Source of the DNA: a virus
DNA: 64,000 nt
Strand: one strand, 5' to 3'
Virus record (IMG/VR): IMGVR_UViG_3300023301_001182
Span: 28,164-92,163 of that record
In this document: piece after piece, positions 22,743-33,000 of the stretch
Layout of the letters: each line of letters begins with the position of its first letter
How positions within the stretch are numbered: the stretch's first letter is position 1
Position numbers and translations under genes: made by a program
The notes under the pieces: generated by a model
What the model was told of the DNA's origin: nothing
Seen by the model: the letters and a program-made list of their open reading frames with translations, nothing else
The model's database searches: none

Positions 22743-23263
22743 TCGTCTTTGTTTTTAAATTTTTTTATTATGTTTTCTGAAAAAGTTATTAACTCCTCTT
22801 TAGTTGCCATTCCTTTCATAGAATTAGCTAATCTTGATACTATCCAAACATTACCAGGGATATACCCTTTCGTATTATCTATTCTATCTATACTAGCAGC
22901 ATTCCAATTAAATACACCTTTAGTTATTTTGTAATCTAACTTTATATTTAATAATGGGCAATACTCTACTACATCTAGATGTGTCTCTTCTATATTAAAT
23001 TCTAAATTTCTACCAGAGTACTTTATTTTAGATTTTAAGGTAGATAATTTATGTTTTAAATAATTTTTATTTACATATTCTACTTTAGAATTTTTATACT
23101 CTTCAGATGAATAATAGGATTGCATTTTATCAGATTTACGATAACTTATATCATATTCTTTTTTACAATCCTTACACCATCTGTATAACCCATCTTTTGA
23201 TGTCTTATCTTTGTGAAAATTATTTAATTTAATATCTTTTTTACATTTACTACAATATTTCAT
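22739..23263 (-). CDS. Free-standing HNH-like endonuclease with N-terminal Zn finger
   Basis: CSKC...WCKDC, CPLL, SIDRIDNTKGYIPGNVWIVSRLAN. Confidence 0.8.
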   Translation of the reverse strand: MKYCSKCKKDIKLNNFHKDKTSKDGLYRWCKDCKKEYDISYRKSDKMQSYYSSEEYKNSKVEYVNKNYLKHKLSTLKSKIKYSGRNLEFNIEETHLDVVEYCPLLNIKLDYKITKGVFNWNAASIDRIDNTKGYIPGNVWIVSRLANSMKGMATKEELITFSENIIKKFKNKDE

Positions 23264-23284
23264 ATCTTTATATTTTTATTTATG

Positions 23285-23316
23285 CAAAGATACGATATTT
23301 ATGTGAGATATCCTAA
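23285..23316 (-). promoter_or_regulatory. Bacteroidota-type promoter upstream of the free-standing HNH gene
   Basis: TTAGGA then TATCTTTG, 24 nt start-to-start. Confidence 0.65.
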
Positions 23317-23354
23317 TGATTTCTACACATTTTTATAATAAATATAATTATTTT

Positions 23355-24155
23355 TTATTTTACTAATTTTTCTTCTTTTACTTTTTTAATCTCCTGTAAT
23401 AATTCAATAGCACCGCCTTTATCATTTGTATCAATGATTTTTTTAGCTTGATCTGAATATTTAGCGATAATTTCAGGAAGAAATCCTGAATTTACTAAAT
23501 CAATAGCTTCCATTGTTTTATTATATGCCCATTCAATTAATTCATCGTTTTGAATCCAAAAATTAGATAAAGTTCTATACTCTACTCCATATTCTTTAAA
23601 TCTAAAACATCCTGCATTACCATACATTTCTCTTCTTCTATCATCTGTATCTAGATTAATAGATTCAAGACCTAATGTAAAGTCCATTGCATAGACTATT
23701 TGTTCACTAACTTCTTGTTCTGGGTTTTCATATCCAATATGAATGTGCCCACCACAAGTACGTAAATTACCACCTGCTTGAGGTGCTATATTAAATTCTT
23801 TTAAATGGACATTTAAATCTGGATCACATCCAAATAATAAAGCTTGTTCAGTTTGAAGATGTTTAGGATCTAATTCAGCAGAAGCAGAGATGTTTAATTT
23901 TCCACCATGTATTGTTGCTAATGCTTCTAAATAATCTTTTACCTGATTAATATTATTTTTAAAATCAAGTGATGAACCTGAAGGTGGAATGTTAAACTCT
24001 ATCATAACATTATCTTCTTGTATATAATGACCATCTTCACTAATAGCTCTTGGTTCTTCTTTAGTCCCTCCTATTAGGCCTTCAGCAGAAATGATTTCTC
24101 CATTTACTTCTAAAAATAATTCAGGGTCTGCACCTAGTGTTACATTTTTTATCAT
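23355..24155 (-). CDS. phiEco32-like COOH-NH2 ligase type 2
   Basis: LGADPELF, QEDNVMIEFNI, FGCDPD, GGHIHIG, YGVEYRTLSNFW. Confidence 0.9.
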   Translation of the reverse strand: MIKNVTLGADPELFLEVNGEIISAEGLIGGTKEEPRAISEDGHYIQEDNVMIEFNIPPSGSSLDFKNNINQVKDYLEALATIHGGKLNISASAELDPKHLQTEQALLFGCDPDLNVHLKEFNIAPQAGGNLRTCGGHIHIGYENPEQEVSEQIVYAMDFTLGLESINLDTDDRRREMYGNAGCFRFKEYGVEYRTLSNFWIQNDELIEWAYNKTMEAIDLVNSGFLPEIIAKYSDQAKKIIDTNDKGGAIELLQEIKKVKEEKLVK

Positions 24156-24166
24156 TTGTTAAATTT

Positions 24167-24853
24167 TTAAATTAAATAGTCTTCAATTAGGTTTAAGCAC
24201 ATTTCTTTTGTACGTTTATCACAACTATCAAATTCAGGGTGACCTTGAATAGCCAAACTTCTTGTCATAGGATAGTATACAATTTCTGATTCTACAAATT
24301 TTTCTGGTAATTCTATTTGTGTATCATTACCATCTAAATAAACCAAACTTCTATGTTTAGTTGACCAAGCTAAAATATTGTATTTATGTTTAGGGAGGTT
24401 AAAAGGAAACATCATTTGATGATGTGTAGATGTTATTTTATATATACTAGGTTGAGAATTTCCTTCAAAATGCATAGTAATATCATGTGTATTACCATGT
24501 CCTTCAACATGTTGAATTAACTTACCACCTGACATAGCAGTTACAAATTGAGAGCCTCTACATATACCTAATTTTGGTGTAGTTACATAGATTTCAAATA
24601 TCTCTTTACATAAAGAATCTCTCTCTGCACTAATCATAGTTCTTGAGCCTTTATTTCCTTCTCCATATAAGATAGGTGATACATCTGCACCTCCACTAAA
24701 ATAGATAAAATTCAATGATTGCCTTTTTTTCAATAAATCACTAAATAAGATTTGTTTTACAGAAAACCTACTACTAAAGAAATCTAATTCATTAGGTGAA
24801 AGTTCATTTTCTACACCTATATATAGGCTTCTTTTTTTATTATTATCGCTCAT
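24167..24853 (-). CDS. Class I glutamine amidotransferase / peptidase C26-like
   Basis: SGGADVSP, GICRGSQ, STHHQ, QGHPE. Confidence 0.9.
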   Translation of the reverse strand: MSDNNKKRSLYIGVENELSPNELDFFSSRFSVKQILFSDLLKKRQSLNFIYFSGGADVSPILYGEGNKGSRTMISAERDSLCKEIFEIYVTTPKLGICRGSQFVTAMSGGKLIQHVEGHGNTHDITMHFEGNSQPSIYKITSTHHQMMFPFNLPKHKYNILAWSTKHRSLVYLDGNDTQIELPEKFVESEIVYYPMTRSLAIQGHPEFDSCDKRTKEMCLNLIEDYLI

Positions 24854-25679
24854 GTTTTTCTAAAATTAATTTTGTTAATTCTGTTTTATATTTTTCAATT
24901 GTAATATCTCCAAAAGATGGAGCTGAATTAATCTCTACAATAATAAAATTTGGATCATTACGAACCACACCTTTATTATTAGTAGATGATTGTATTCTTA
25001 AATCAACTGCACCAATATCTAATCCTACTGCATTTAATGCTTTAACAGATTCTTCAAGTACTTTATCCCAATTACTTGGTTTATCAAATAATTCATTTTC
25101 TTCAAGAATCCAAACACAATGTTCATCATTACGATACCATTTGTCTTTATCTTCTGTGTCTTGTTTTAACATCTTTCTACAAGTATAAAAACAACCACTA
25201 TTTGTGATGTGTAATCTATATTCTCTAGAATAGTTATAATACTTTTCAAATATATAATGTGAAGTATTTTTACCTACTAACCAAGCTGCTAATGCTTCAG
25301 CAGAGTCATGCTTTGCATTTCCTTGGTTTCTACTTCCAAAATAACTTTTAGAAATAATAGGATAAGGTAAATTTTCTAATGTATTATTTACATCTTTACC
25401 TACAAATCCTCCATTACGGTATGTCCACCAATCAGCTGTTTTTACATTACCATCTGCAAAACATTGTTTCATTAGCATTTTACTAGATGAATTCTTAATA
25501 GCTTGTACTGTATTTATCTCTAACCTATTTCCACCATTTGATACAGCATCATCATATTCAGTAGTTGAACCGAAACGAATTACTGATTTAAATGGGAACA
25601 TAGGAAATGTTCCTCTTACTCTTAAAGGTGCGTGAGAAGGATGTCTACTTCTAACTCTAGTTCTAAAATATTTAAGCAT
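24843..25679 (-). CDS. ATP-grasp (RimK-like) ligase
   Basis: YPIISK, REYRLH, GLDIGAVD, IVEINSAP. Confidence 0.85.
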   Translation of the reverse strand: MLKYFRTRVRSRHPSHAPLRVRGTFPMFPFKSVIRFGSTTEYDDAVSNGGNRLEINTVQAIKNSSSKMLMKQCFADGNVKTADWWTYRNGGFVGKDVNNTLENLPYPIISKSYFGSRNQGNAKHDSAEALAAWLVGKNTSHYIFEKYYNYSREYRLHITNSGCFYTCRKMLKQDTEDKDKWYRNDEHCVWILEENELFDKPSNWDKVLEESVKALNAVGLDIGAVDLRIQSSTNNKGVVRNDPNFIIVEINSAPSFGDITIEKYKTELTKLILEKHER

Positions 25680-26073
25680 ATTGATTTATCTTTTTTTGTT
25701 CCACATATTCTTTCCAATCTCCTGTTGTACAAGTTTCATAATGTGCTGCGCGACCTTCATCTGCATAAAAATAAACTGATGCTTCTCCATAAGGAGTTTT
25801 AATAGTTTCTTTATTATACATATTAAGTTCATGGCCTGGTCCTGAATAACCTTCTAATGTATCAATTCTATTTGCTACTTCTTGTGTCACTCTATAAACC
25901 TCCATAACTACAGAGGTATGACCATGTTTTAAAAGACCTGGAAATGCACTTAATGATTTTAATACATAAATAGGTGCTGTTTCAAACATACCCATATATG
26001 TTGCTTCTTTTGTGTCTAATAATCTGTGGTTTCCAAAACCTTTTCTAAGTGATCCGTATACTGCTACTAACAT
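25672..26073 (-). CDS. Gamma-glutamylcyclotransferase (AIG2-like)
   Basis: VAVYGSLRKG, MEVY, IDTLEGY, GDW. Confidence 0.88.
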   Translation of the reverse strand: MLVAVYGSLRKGFGNHRLLDTKEATYMGMFETAPIYVLKSLSAFPGLLKHGHTSVVMEVYRVTQEVANRIDTLEGYSGPGHELNMYNKETIKTPYGEASVYFYADEGRAAHYETCTTGDWKEYVEQKKINQYA

Positions 26074-26093
26074 ATTTATTTTTTGTTTTAATT

Positions 26094-27146
26094 TTAAAAT
26101 GGTGCTCCTGTGAAGTCTTTATCATGTTGATGCATTAATACATCTAACAATAATATTGCCGTCTCAGTGTCTTTGTGTTTAATTAAATCACTATAATCTT
26201 TTGATTTATATAATGATGGTATTTCGATATTGGGTATATTAAGTAAATCTGCTAAATTTTCAGCATATTCTCTTCCCCAATTAGTTTCTTTATCATAATC
26301 ATTATCATATAAAATCCAGATTCTTTTGAATCTACCTCTTAATTCTTGGATTATGTGTAATTTAGGTGTTGTAGTCTCTGATTGTAATGACACACTTGGA
26401 ATACCTGTAGTTGAATAAATAGCCATAACATCTTTCAATGATTTAGTTATTATTAACTCCTTACCAATAGTTGGTAATTGACTCCAACCTTGCCAAATTG
26501 AACTATCATGATTATTTAACCATTTATATTTTTCACTATATGGTTGATAAATCTTATAAGTTTCTTGTCTACCTTTATGTTCAGTAAATGCATAGGCATA
26601 CTTATCAGCTTTAATAGGTGATTCATTTATAAAAATATAATCAATAGGCTGAACTCTATATTTTAATAACGTTTCAGAGTCTATTCCAAACTGTAGCCAA
26701 AATGCATAATCATATGCCATCCATCTTCTACCTCTTTTACCTAAGTTCATTTGTCCTTTTTCTTTAATTAGGTTTTCTCTTGTCATTACTTTAGTACTTG
26801 GTTTATAATTAGATGAAGTTTGTTCAATTCTTTTTACTATAAATTTGTCAGCAATTCCAAAATCAAGTGCTATTTTACTCATAGCTTCAAAGAAATTCAA
26901 ACTAAAAAATTTTTGTACAAATTTAATACAATCTCCTGAACCTAGTACAAAATCATTATAACATATTTCTCCTGATTCACCAACGAAAAATCCAAATGAT
27001 GGATCCTCTTCATCTCTTAATGGTGATAATATCTTGTGAGACATATCAATTTCTTTACCTATATAAAATCTATAAATATCTATGTCTTGGATATGCTTTA
27101 ATAGTTCTCCTTTAGTTATGTGTTTTCTGTTTAAATCTATTACCAT
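26094..27146 (-). CDS. dnaG: DNA primase (Toprim)
   Basis: SPLRDEEDPSF N-terminal domain; ITKSLKDVM, LYDND, KDYSD. Confidence 0.85.
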   Translation of the reverse strand: MVIDLNRKHITKGELLKHIQDIDIYRFYIGKEIDMSHKILSPLRDEEDPSFGFFVGESGEICYNDFVLGSGDCIKFVQKFFSLNFFEAMSKIALDFGIADKFIVKRIEQTSSNYKPSTKVMTRENLIKEKGQMNLGKRGRRWMAYDYAFWLQFGIDSETLLKYRVQPIDYIFINESPIKADKYAYAFTEHKGRQETYKIYQPYSEKYKWLNNHDSSIWQGWSQLPTIGKELIITKSLKDVMAIYSTTGIPSVSLQSETTTPKLHIIQELRGRFKRIWILYDNDYDKETNWGREYAENLADLLNIPNIEIPSLYKSKDYSDLIKHKDTETAILLLDVLMHQHDKDFTGAPF

Positions 27147-27162
27147 ATTTTTAGAAATGAAA

Positions 27163-27188
27163 AATAAGGGGAAATTAATCCCCTTATC
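27163..27188 (-). terminator. Intrinsic terminator-like hairpin
   Basis: ATAAGGGGA/TCCCCTTAT stem followed by a U-rich tract on the minus strand. Confidence 0.6.
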
Positions 27189-27198
27189 TTAGTTTATA

Positions 27199-27762
27199 TT
27201 ATACCCAACTTTCTTTTTTAGAGTCTGTTGCAGAGTCCGCTGGTGCATCTTGTGCAATTCTTTCTAATAAGTCATTAGGTGTTGCTTTTAATCTAGATGG
27301 GTCAGTTCCTGCTGGCTCAATAAAATTAAAATAACGTAATCCAAGAAACTTACCTGGATAACCTGTTGTTCCATAAGAAGCAAATACATTTACTTTTATA
27401 TTAGGAGCTTTTTCTCCTATTAAAGCAAATAATGTATCATATGCTTCTTTTGCATTACTTACAGTAGGGAAAGTATAATCATTTCCTACTACAGCTTTTG
27501 CAACGTGTATTACTCTCCCAACTTCTCTAACTGCAGCTTGGGCATTCTGGTCTTCTGTTTTAGCAGAATTAGCTTTAGGATAATAAAACCCTTGATTAAT
27601 CTGGGCTGTACCATCACTTACTATTAGTTTATAATCAGGGTGATTATCTGGTTCATCTTGTTTTCTCTTCTCCACAGAAATATCAACATTTTTCACTACT
27701 CCACCTTGTCCGTTATTAAATATAACAGATCCTCCAAATTTCTTCTCATTCAAATCAAACAT
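27199..27762 (-). CDS. Hypothetical protein, possibly ssDNA-binding
   Basis: Lies between the AAA ATPase and primase and has a low-complexity tail ending in W-V. The function is inferred from context only. Confidence 0.45.
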   Translation of the reverse strand: MFDLNEKKFGGSVIFNNGQGGVVKNVDISVEKRKQDEPDNHPDYKLIVSDGTAQINQGFYYPKANSAKTEDQNAQAAVREVGRVIHVAKAVVGNDYTFPTVSNAKEAYDTLFALIGEKAPNIKVNVFASYGTTGYPGKFLGLRYFNFIEPAGTDPSRLKATPNDLLERIAQDAPADSATDSKKESWV

Positions 27763-27777
27763 AATCTTTCTTTCGTT

Positions 27778-28545
27778 TTATTTATTTATAAATATTTGAG
27801 ACCAATCTACTTTTAGTTGTCCTGCCTCATCAGACTTAGCCACTACAATTTCTTTACCTTTTAGATGATCACATCTAGACCCTGATAATAAATTCTCAGA
27901 GGCAATAAAGTTAATTATAGTTTCTTTTTCTTTTCTATAAAGGTATCCTACTGCATCTACTTGAGAACATAAGATTGATGACTGTCTTCCTGTTAGGGCT
28001 AAACCACGTTCATTCATTTCTTTACCTTCTTTTTCAACTAGTTTATCCTTAACATGTCCTAGTAATATTAATGTATCACATACATCTTCTAACTCACTTA
28101 GAACCATACTTAATGCTTTTCTAGTATATCCATATCCTGCTCCATTTGGTAGAGATATAACATCGTCTCCTTGCCAATTACGACCAACACTAGTTTCACG
28201 ATACATTTTACCAGCTAAAGGTAATACAATTTCTTCTAAAGCAGTTACAGTATCTATTGCTAGATATTTATATGTGTAACCTTTTTTAGCTTGATTGCTT
28301 TCCTCTATATCATTAATTAATTCTTTAAGGACTACTATTGGTAGTTTATTTTCCTCTTTAGAAACTTTTAAAACATCGTATTTTAGGGCATCTACAAAAT
28401 GACTCCCACTCTCTAAATCTATAATCAAACAATTATCTAATTCAGACACTACACTGGTTTTACCCATCTTAGGTTGACTAAAAATAACCATTGATTTTGG
28501 ATTTACTCTTGATGCTTTACTCTTTTTACTCGGTAATTCACTCAT
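27778..28545 (-). CDS. AAA_24 / Sak4-like ATPase
   Basis: SQPKMGKT (Walker A), IIDLESG, AIDTVT, LLGH. Confidence 0.85.
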   Translation of the reverse strand: MSELPSKKSKASRVNPKSMVIFSQPKMGKTSVVSELDNCLIIDLESGSHFVDALKYDVLKVSKEENKLPIVVLKELINDIEESNQAKKGYTYKYLAIDTVTALEEIVLPLAGKMYRETSVGRNWQGDDVISLPNGAGYGYTRKALSMVLSELEDVCDTLILLGHVKDKLVEKEGKEMNERGLALTGRQSSILCSQVDAVGYLYRKEKETIINFIASENLLSGSRCDHLKGKEIVVAKSDEAGQLKVDWSQIFINK

Positions 28546-28700
28546 TCATTCTATCTCCGTCCTCTTCATCCACTATTAAGTTAATTAATAATCAGATATA
28601 TACCTATGTTTAGCACGAACTAATAATTTATAACTCGCACTACCAGGCCCAACCTGATTAATCAAATTATTTAGGTATTCTATACCTTTTGTAAATTTTG

Positions 28701-29087
28701 TTACCATTTTACGTTAATTTTCTCAAATAGTTTTCCATTTCTAACCTCTACAAATTGTACAGGTCTATTATGTAATTTTGCATACTCTATTTCTGCACAT
28801 ACTCCAGTTGACTTACGTAAACGGTCTATACCCTCATCAGGTATTAATACCCATAATTCATCCGCCCAATCAATAAATTGATAATCTATATGTTGCCAGT
28901 AATCCCAAGTATGGGGTACTTCAAATTTATCAATTAATGTTAGTGGGTGAGAATGGGTTATTGGACTATACACATTAAATCCTTTATTTAGTATTAAAAC
29001 AGAAGCTATATTAGCTTGTTTAAAACTACTTTCAGTCATTCCTGTATATGATATAGCCAAATAAATTTTTCTTAGTTTTTTATCCAT
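28701..29087 (-). CDS. Nucleoside 2-deoxyribosyltransferase-like protein (DUF1937-type)
   Basis: IYLAISY, YSPITHSHP, STGVCAEIEYA. Confidence 0.7.
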   Translation of the reverse strand: MDKKLRKIYLAISYTGMTESSFKQANIASVLILNKGFNVYSPITHSHPLTLIDKFEVPHTWDYWQHIDYQFIDWADELWVLIPDEGIDRLRKSTGVCAEIEYAKLHNRPVQFVEVRNGKLFEKINVKW

Positions 29088-29718
29088 ATTTATTATCTGT
29101 TAAAAACTTATTCATTGAAGTTCCTCTAAATTTTAACAAAGAATCTACATTCTTTGGTATAATATCACATATAACTAAAGAATGGTTTCCCCAAGAATTA
29201 TAAGTTGTATCTATAGGCATAACTATATTCTTGTTTACAAGTTCCATTAAAAAATACAGAGGGTCAGTTATAATTCTATCTTTAGCTCTTAAATCTATAA
29301 AAAATTGTTTATGATTAAAAACACATGGTTTATACCAAATCATTCTTAAAAAGTTTAATAATACTAAATTATTATAATATTTACTTTCACTTATTAAATC
29401 ATATCTAATATATGTTTCTTTAAATTTAGTTACAATTTTACATGGTGTTATCATATTAATAATATCTACCATAGCTTTTGTAGCTGCTAAAGAGTTAATA
29501 TTGGTTCTAAAATCACTAATATAAATTTGCTTAATTGATGGTCCTTTATAAGTATAGTGTATTAAACAATTATATTTATTTATCGTTCCATCAGTATAAT
29601 TAACTATAGTTGGGTACATTAAGCTATACCAACAAGCACTATTTTTAACCTTTACTAACTGTTTTTCTCTGCCAATATCTATATGATAATGACAACTATA
29701 ATGACTCTCTGTTCTCAT
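29080..29718 (-). CDS. Hypothetical protein
   Basis: 212-aa ORF in the operon. Confidence 0.6.
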   Translation of the reverse strand: MRTESHYSCHYHIDIGREKQLVKVKNSACWYSLMYPTIVNYTDGTINKYNCLIHYTYKGPSIKQIYISDFRTNINSLAATKAMVDIINMITPCKIVTKFKETYIRYDLISESKYYNNLVLLNFLRMIWYKPCVFNHKQFFIDLRAKDRIITDPLYFLMELVNKNIVMPIDTTYNSWGNHSLVICDIIPKNVDSLLKFRGTSMNKFLTDNKYG

Positions 29719-29732
29719 TTTTTAAATTTTAA

Positions 29733-30062
29733 TTATTCTTCTTTTGTAAAGTTTTTATCTTTAAACCTATCATCTAGGTCTTTTCTAAATAAATACATAT
29801 AAGATAAGAACATTGCATTACACATTATATGTCCTACGTGGTCTAAACCACTTTCCTTATCTTTATCTACTCCATCTGAAAAGGAATTTATATGTCGTTG
29901 CATGCTATCTAAAGTTTCAGAATATTTTAGACCTTTTCTCCAATTATGGTCATCATATTTTTTAGCACCAAACATTAGTACTCTAACTAAAGGTTCTAAT
30001 GCTTTCCAACTAACTAACCCCCATCTTAATTTCCCTTCATTCTTTCTTTCTCCTAATTCCAT
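29733..30062 (-). CDS. dATP/dGTP diphosphohydrolase-like protein (DUF5664-type)
   Basis: GKLRWGL, FGAKKYDDHNWRKG, DKESGLDHVGHIMCN. Confidence 0.8.
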   Translation of the reverse strand: MELGERKNEGKLRWGLVSWKALEPLVRVLMFGAKKYDDHNWRKGLKYSETLDSMQRHINSFSDGVDKDKESGLDHVGHIMCNAMFLSYMYLFRKDLDDRFKDKNFTKEE

Positions 30063-30064
30063 AT

Positions 30065-33000
30065 TTACCTTCCTGTTGTAGACTCAATGAAATTATAAAC
30101 CTCTTTTATGTTAGCATTATCATAAGGTAAAGGTAGTTCTCTAAAAAAGTTTACAGCTCCATCAAAGAATAGTGGACAAACTGTGCCACCACCACCACTT
30201 CTACCACCAAGTATTTCTAAAAACCTTATATTATCTCTAAAAAAGGTTATATCATATCCTTGGTACTCTCTTATCTCGTGTCTAAACGGACTAAATAGTC
30301 CTATTATAACATTAGCATCCCGTTGAGTTAATTTGCAATCGCCAAGACCATCTAATGAAGGTTTTAATCGACCTACCTTCATATTCTCGACTGATTCTTG
30401 TGCACTTGCTTGTTGTTGAATAACAACTGGAATGTAGTTATATTTATTCCTGAGTCTTAAAAGATAATCTGAAGACAATTTAACAATAGAAGCATGTAAG
30501 CTCATTTTGTGTCCATTTTCTTCTTCTGTAGAAATTAAACCTACATGGTCAATAAAGACCATAACATACTCTTCTGGATCATTAGGTTCATAATAATCAT
30601 CAATCTCTGTTAATGTACCTTTGATATTGATAGTTTTTTTGTACTGTGTCCCATTGGCTTGTGCATAGGAACGGACAAATTTATAAATACCTGTAGGATT
30701 TCTAATATCATCAATGAACTCTACTATTTCTTCAATCTTCTTGAAATATGGTTCATATTTTGCTATTAACTCTAAAATTTTAATATCTAATATTTTATCT
30801 GCTTTAGTACTTCTAAGGTCAGTAGGAGGAATTCTTACCCCTTCTTTAACATATATAATGTTAGAGAATGCTGATAACATTTTCTCCTCCTTAGACATCT
30901 CTAAAGTAAAATAAAATATCTTCAATCTAATGTTTAAAGATTTATCAATTACTTGTTGAATAGTATTATACAAAAATAGCCAATCAGCTATTTGAGTTTT
31001 CAATTTTGTTATTTCTAACGATTACTAAAATATTTCTTATTTTCAAAAAATTTTTTAAGTTCTATACCAAATTCATCAACTCCTCTACGTGGAGCATATA
31101 AACGCCAGTAACTTCCTGTGTAATTAGTAGTAGAATCTCTAACTCTATATACTTGTTTGTTTATATCATTACAAAACATACCAACTAAATTATCAAGTGA
31201 CATTACAGTATTAAAAAACTCTTCATATGTGGCTTTAGGATAATAATTTAAACAGATCCTGTATAAATCTCCCATAGATCTATTGCAATCCTTTCCACAT
31301 TGTTTTCTGTTACTTTTAAGATGATATGTTTTATTACTGTATATATATCTTGATAATAATAATCTTACAAAATTCTTAAAAACTTTAGAATAAATTTTAT
31401 GTTTTGTAATGCCAGCTTTTGAAAGGTATAATATTCCTCTTCCTCTTAATTTTATTTCTATTTTATTAAATTTTTGTTTCATATTTTAGAAATTTAGAAA
31501 GTTAAGTCATTTCTACTTAACTCTATAATTTAATATCAATTTTTAATGAATCAAATAGTTTATCAATATAAGCAGCATCATATTTAGTATCCTTTGTACT
31601 TCTACCATAGTTAAATGTAACAGAATTTACATGACCTGGTATAATTTTACTAGCCCATATAGATATAGATGGCTTTTGACATTTCTCATAAAAGCTATAA
31701 AATATTACTTTATTAATACCACCACATACTCTTGCTCTGAATTTAGTTTCATATAAAGCTTGTAATACCATCTTTTCAGTTGCTCCTTTTTGTTTATAAT
31801 ATTTAAACAAATCATCAAAGCTTCTTCTATCATAGATCCCTTTGTCTTTTTTAAATAGAGTACTTCTAAAATACCTCTTATGATTTACTTTATTTAATAA
31901 ATCTTTTTTTAACTCCTTTAAATTCATCTTTAATTAATTTTTATTTTTATAGTTCGGACTATCTCATCAACCTATCTATGTATTACACATTTACAGTCAT
32001 AATCATGATGTCCTTTTAATGCATCATTATAACATTCTGTACAACATTGTATACCTTCTGTTATAATTGTTGCAATATTATCACAATCTGTACATAGTAT
32101 AGGTTGCCCATTGTTAGTCTCTACGTCCTTTTGAATTTTTGATATTGTATTATCTATAGTTGATTGAAATCTATCATCACAACTATATCCAGCTTTATAA
32201 TAAGCTAAACCTTTCATAATATTTTCAATATTTCTTTTATTCAACTGTGACACGGGATTGCCTTCTTTTTTTTCAGTTTCTACACCGTTTTGTAAAGCAA
32301 GTCTAACTCCTACTGAAACTCCTAGTTTATAATCATCCCACCATTTAGGACTTCCTAAAAATTTAGTTAATCGTTTTACTTCTTTCTCAAGTGATAGCAT
32401 AGGATTGCTTTCTGTTTTTTCCATTATAAATCATCTCTAGTTAAGTTCTTAATATACATCTGTAAATCTCCATTAGGATAACCTACCCTTCTTGCAAAGG
32501 TATGTTTGTATTCAAATCCTAATGTTTTTAGATTGGATCTTAATAAGTGCTCATTTGGAGATACTATTACAAAGACAGCTGTCTGGCCTCTACCATATGT
32601 ATAATCTACTTCTTTATTAATAAGCATTTCCATAGTAAGCCGTTTTAACTTAGCTTTAAATTCATCTAAAGTTGTGTCATCTCCTACATTATTTAATTGA
32701 CATAATGCACAGCATGCTGTTGTTGTTTTTTCCATTATAATGTTTTTTTAAAAAAGGGTTTCCCCGTTAGCTAATTATTTTTAACAAATACTTTTTTAAC
32801 CAAGACTTAGAAGTAAATTCTCCAAGTTTAATTAATTGTTCAATTGTTAAAATTCCTTTTTTCTTTCTTTTTAATATTATTTCTTTTGCTATTCCATCTT
32901 GTTTAAATCTTGCAACATAGCCATCTCTATTTCTGATTTGATATTTAGTAAAATATGTTGCAAAATATTGGAAGCCATAACCATAACCTGTTGGTATTGC

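Noticed and set aside
22739-23350. Possible intron around the HNH gene, given ATG TGT upstream and a GATase lacking Met-Cys
   Set aside because: No P, Q, R or S elements found, and no U/G junction pair yields MCGIFG. Treated as a free-standing endonuclease.
28701-30062. 2-aminoadenine or 7-deazaguanine DNA modification pathway suggested by the dATP/dGTP diphosphohydrolase
   Set aside because: No PurZ, DpdA or Que-pathway genes recognised in this window.
30065-31003. Stand-alone 312-aa helicase starting at TTG, plus a separate 64-aa ORF at 34605..34799
   Set aside because: Each holds only part of Walker A. The TTG includes the terminal G of intron 2, and the three-exon model restores the motif in frame.
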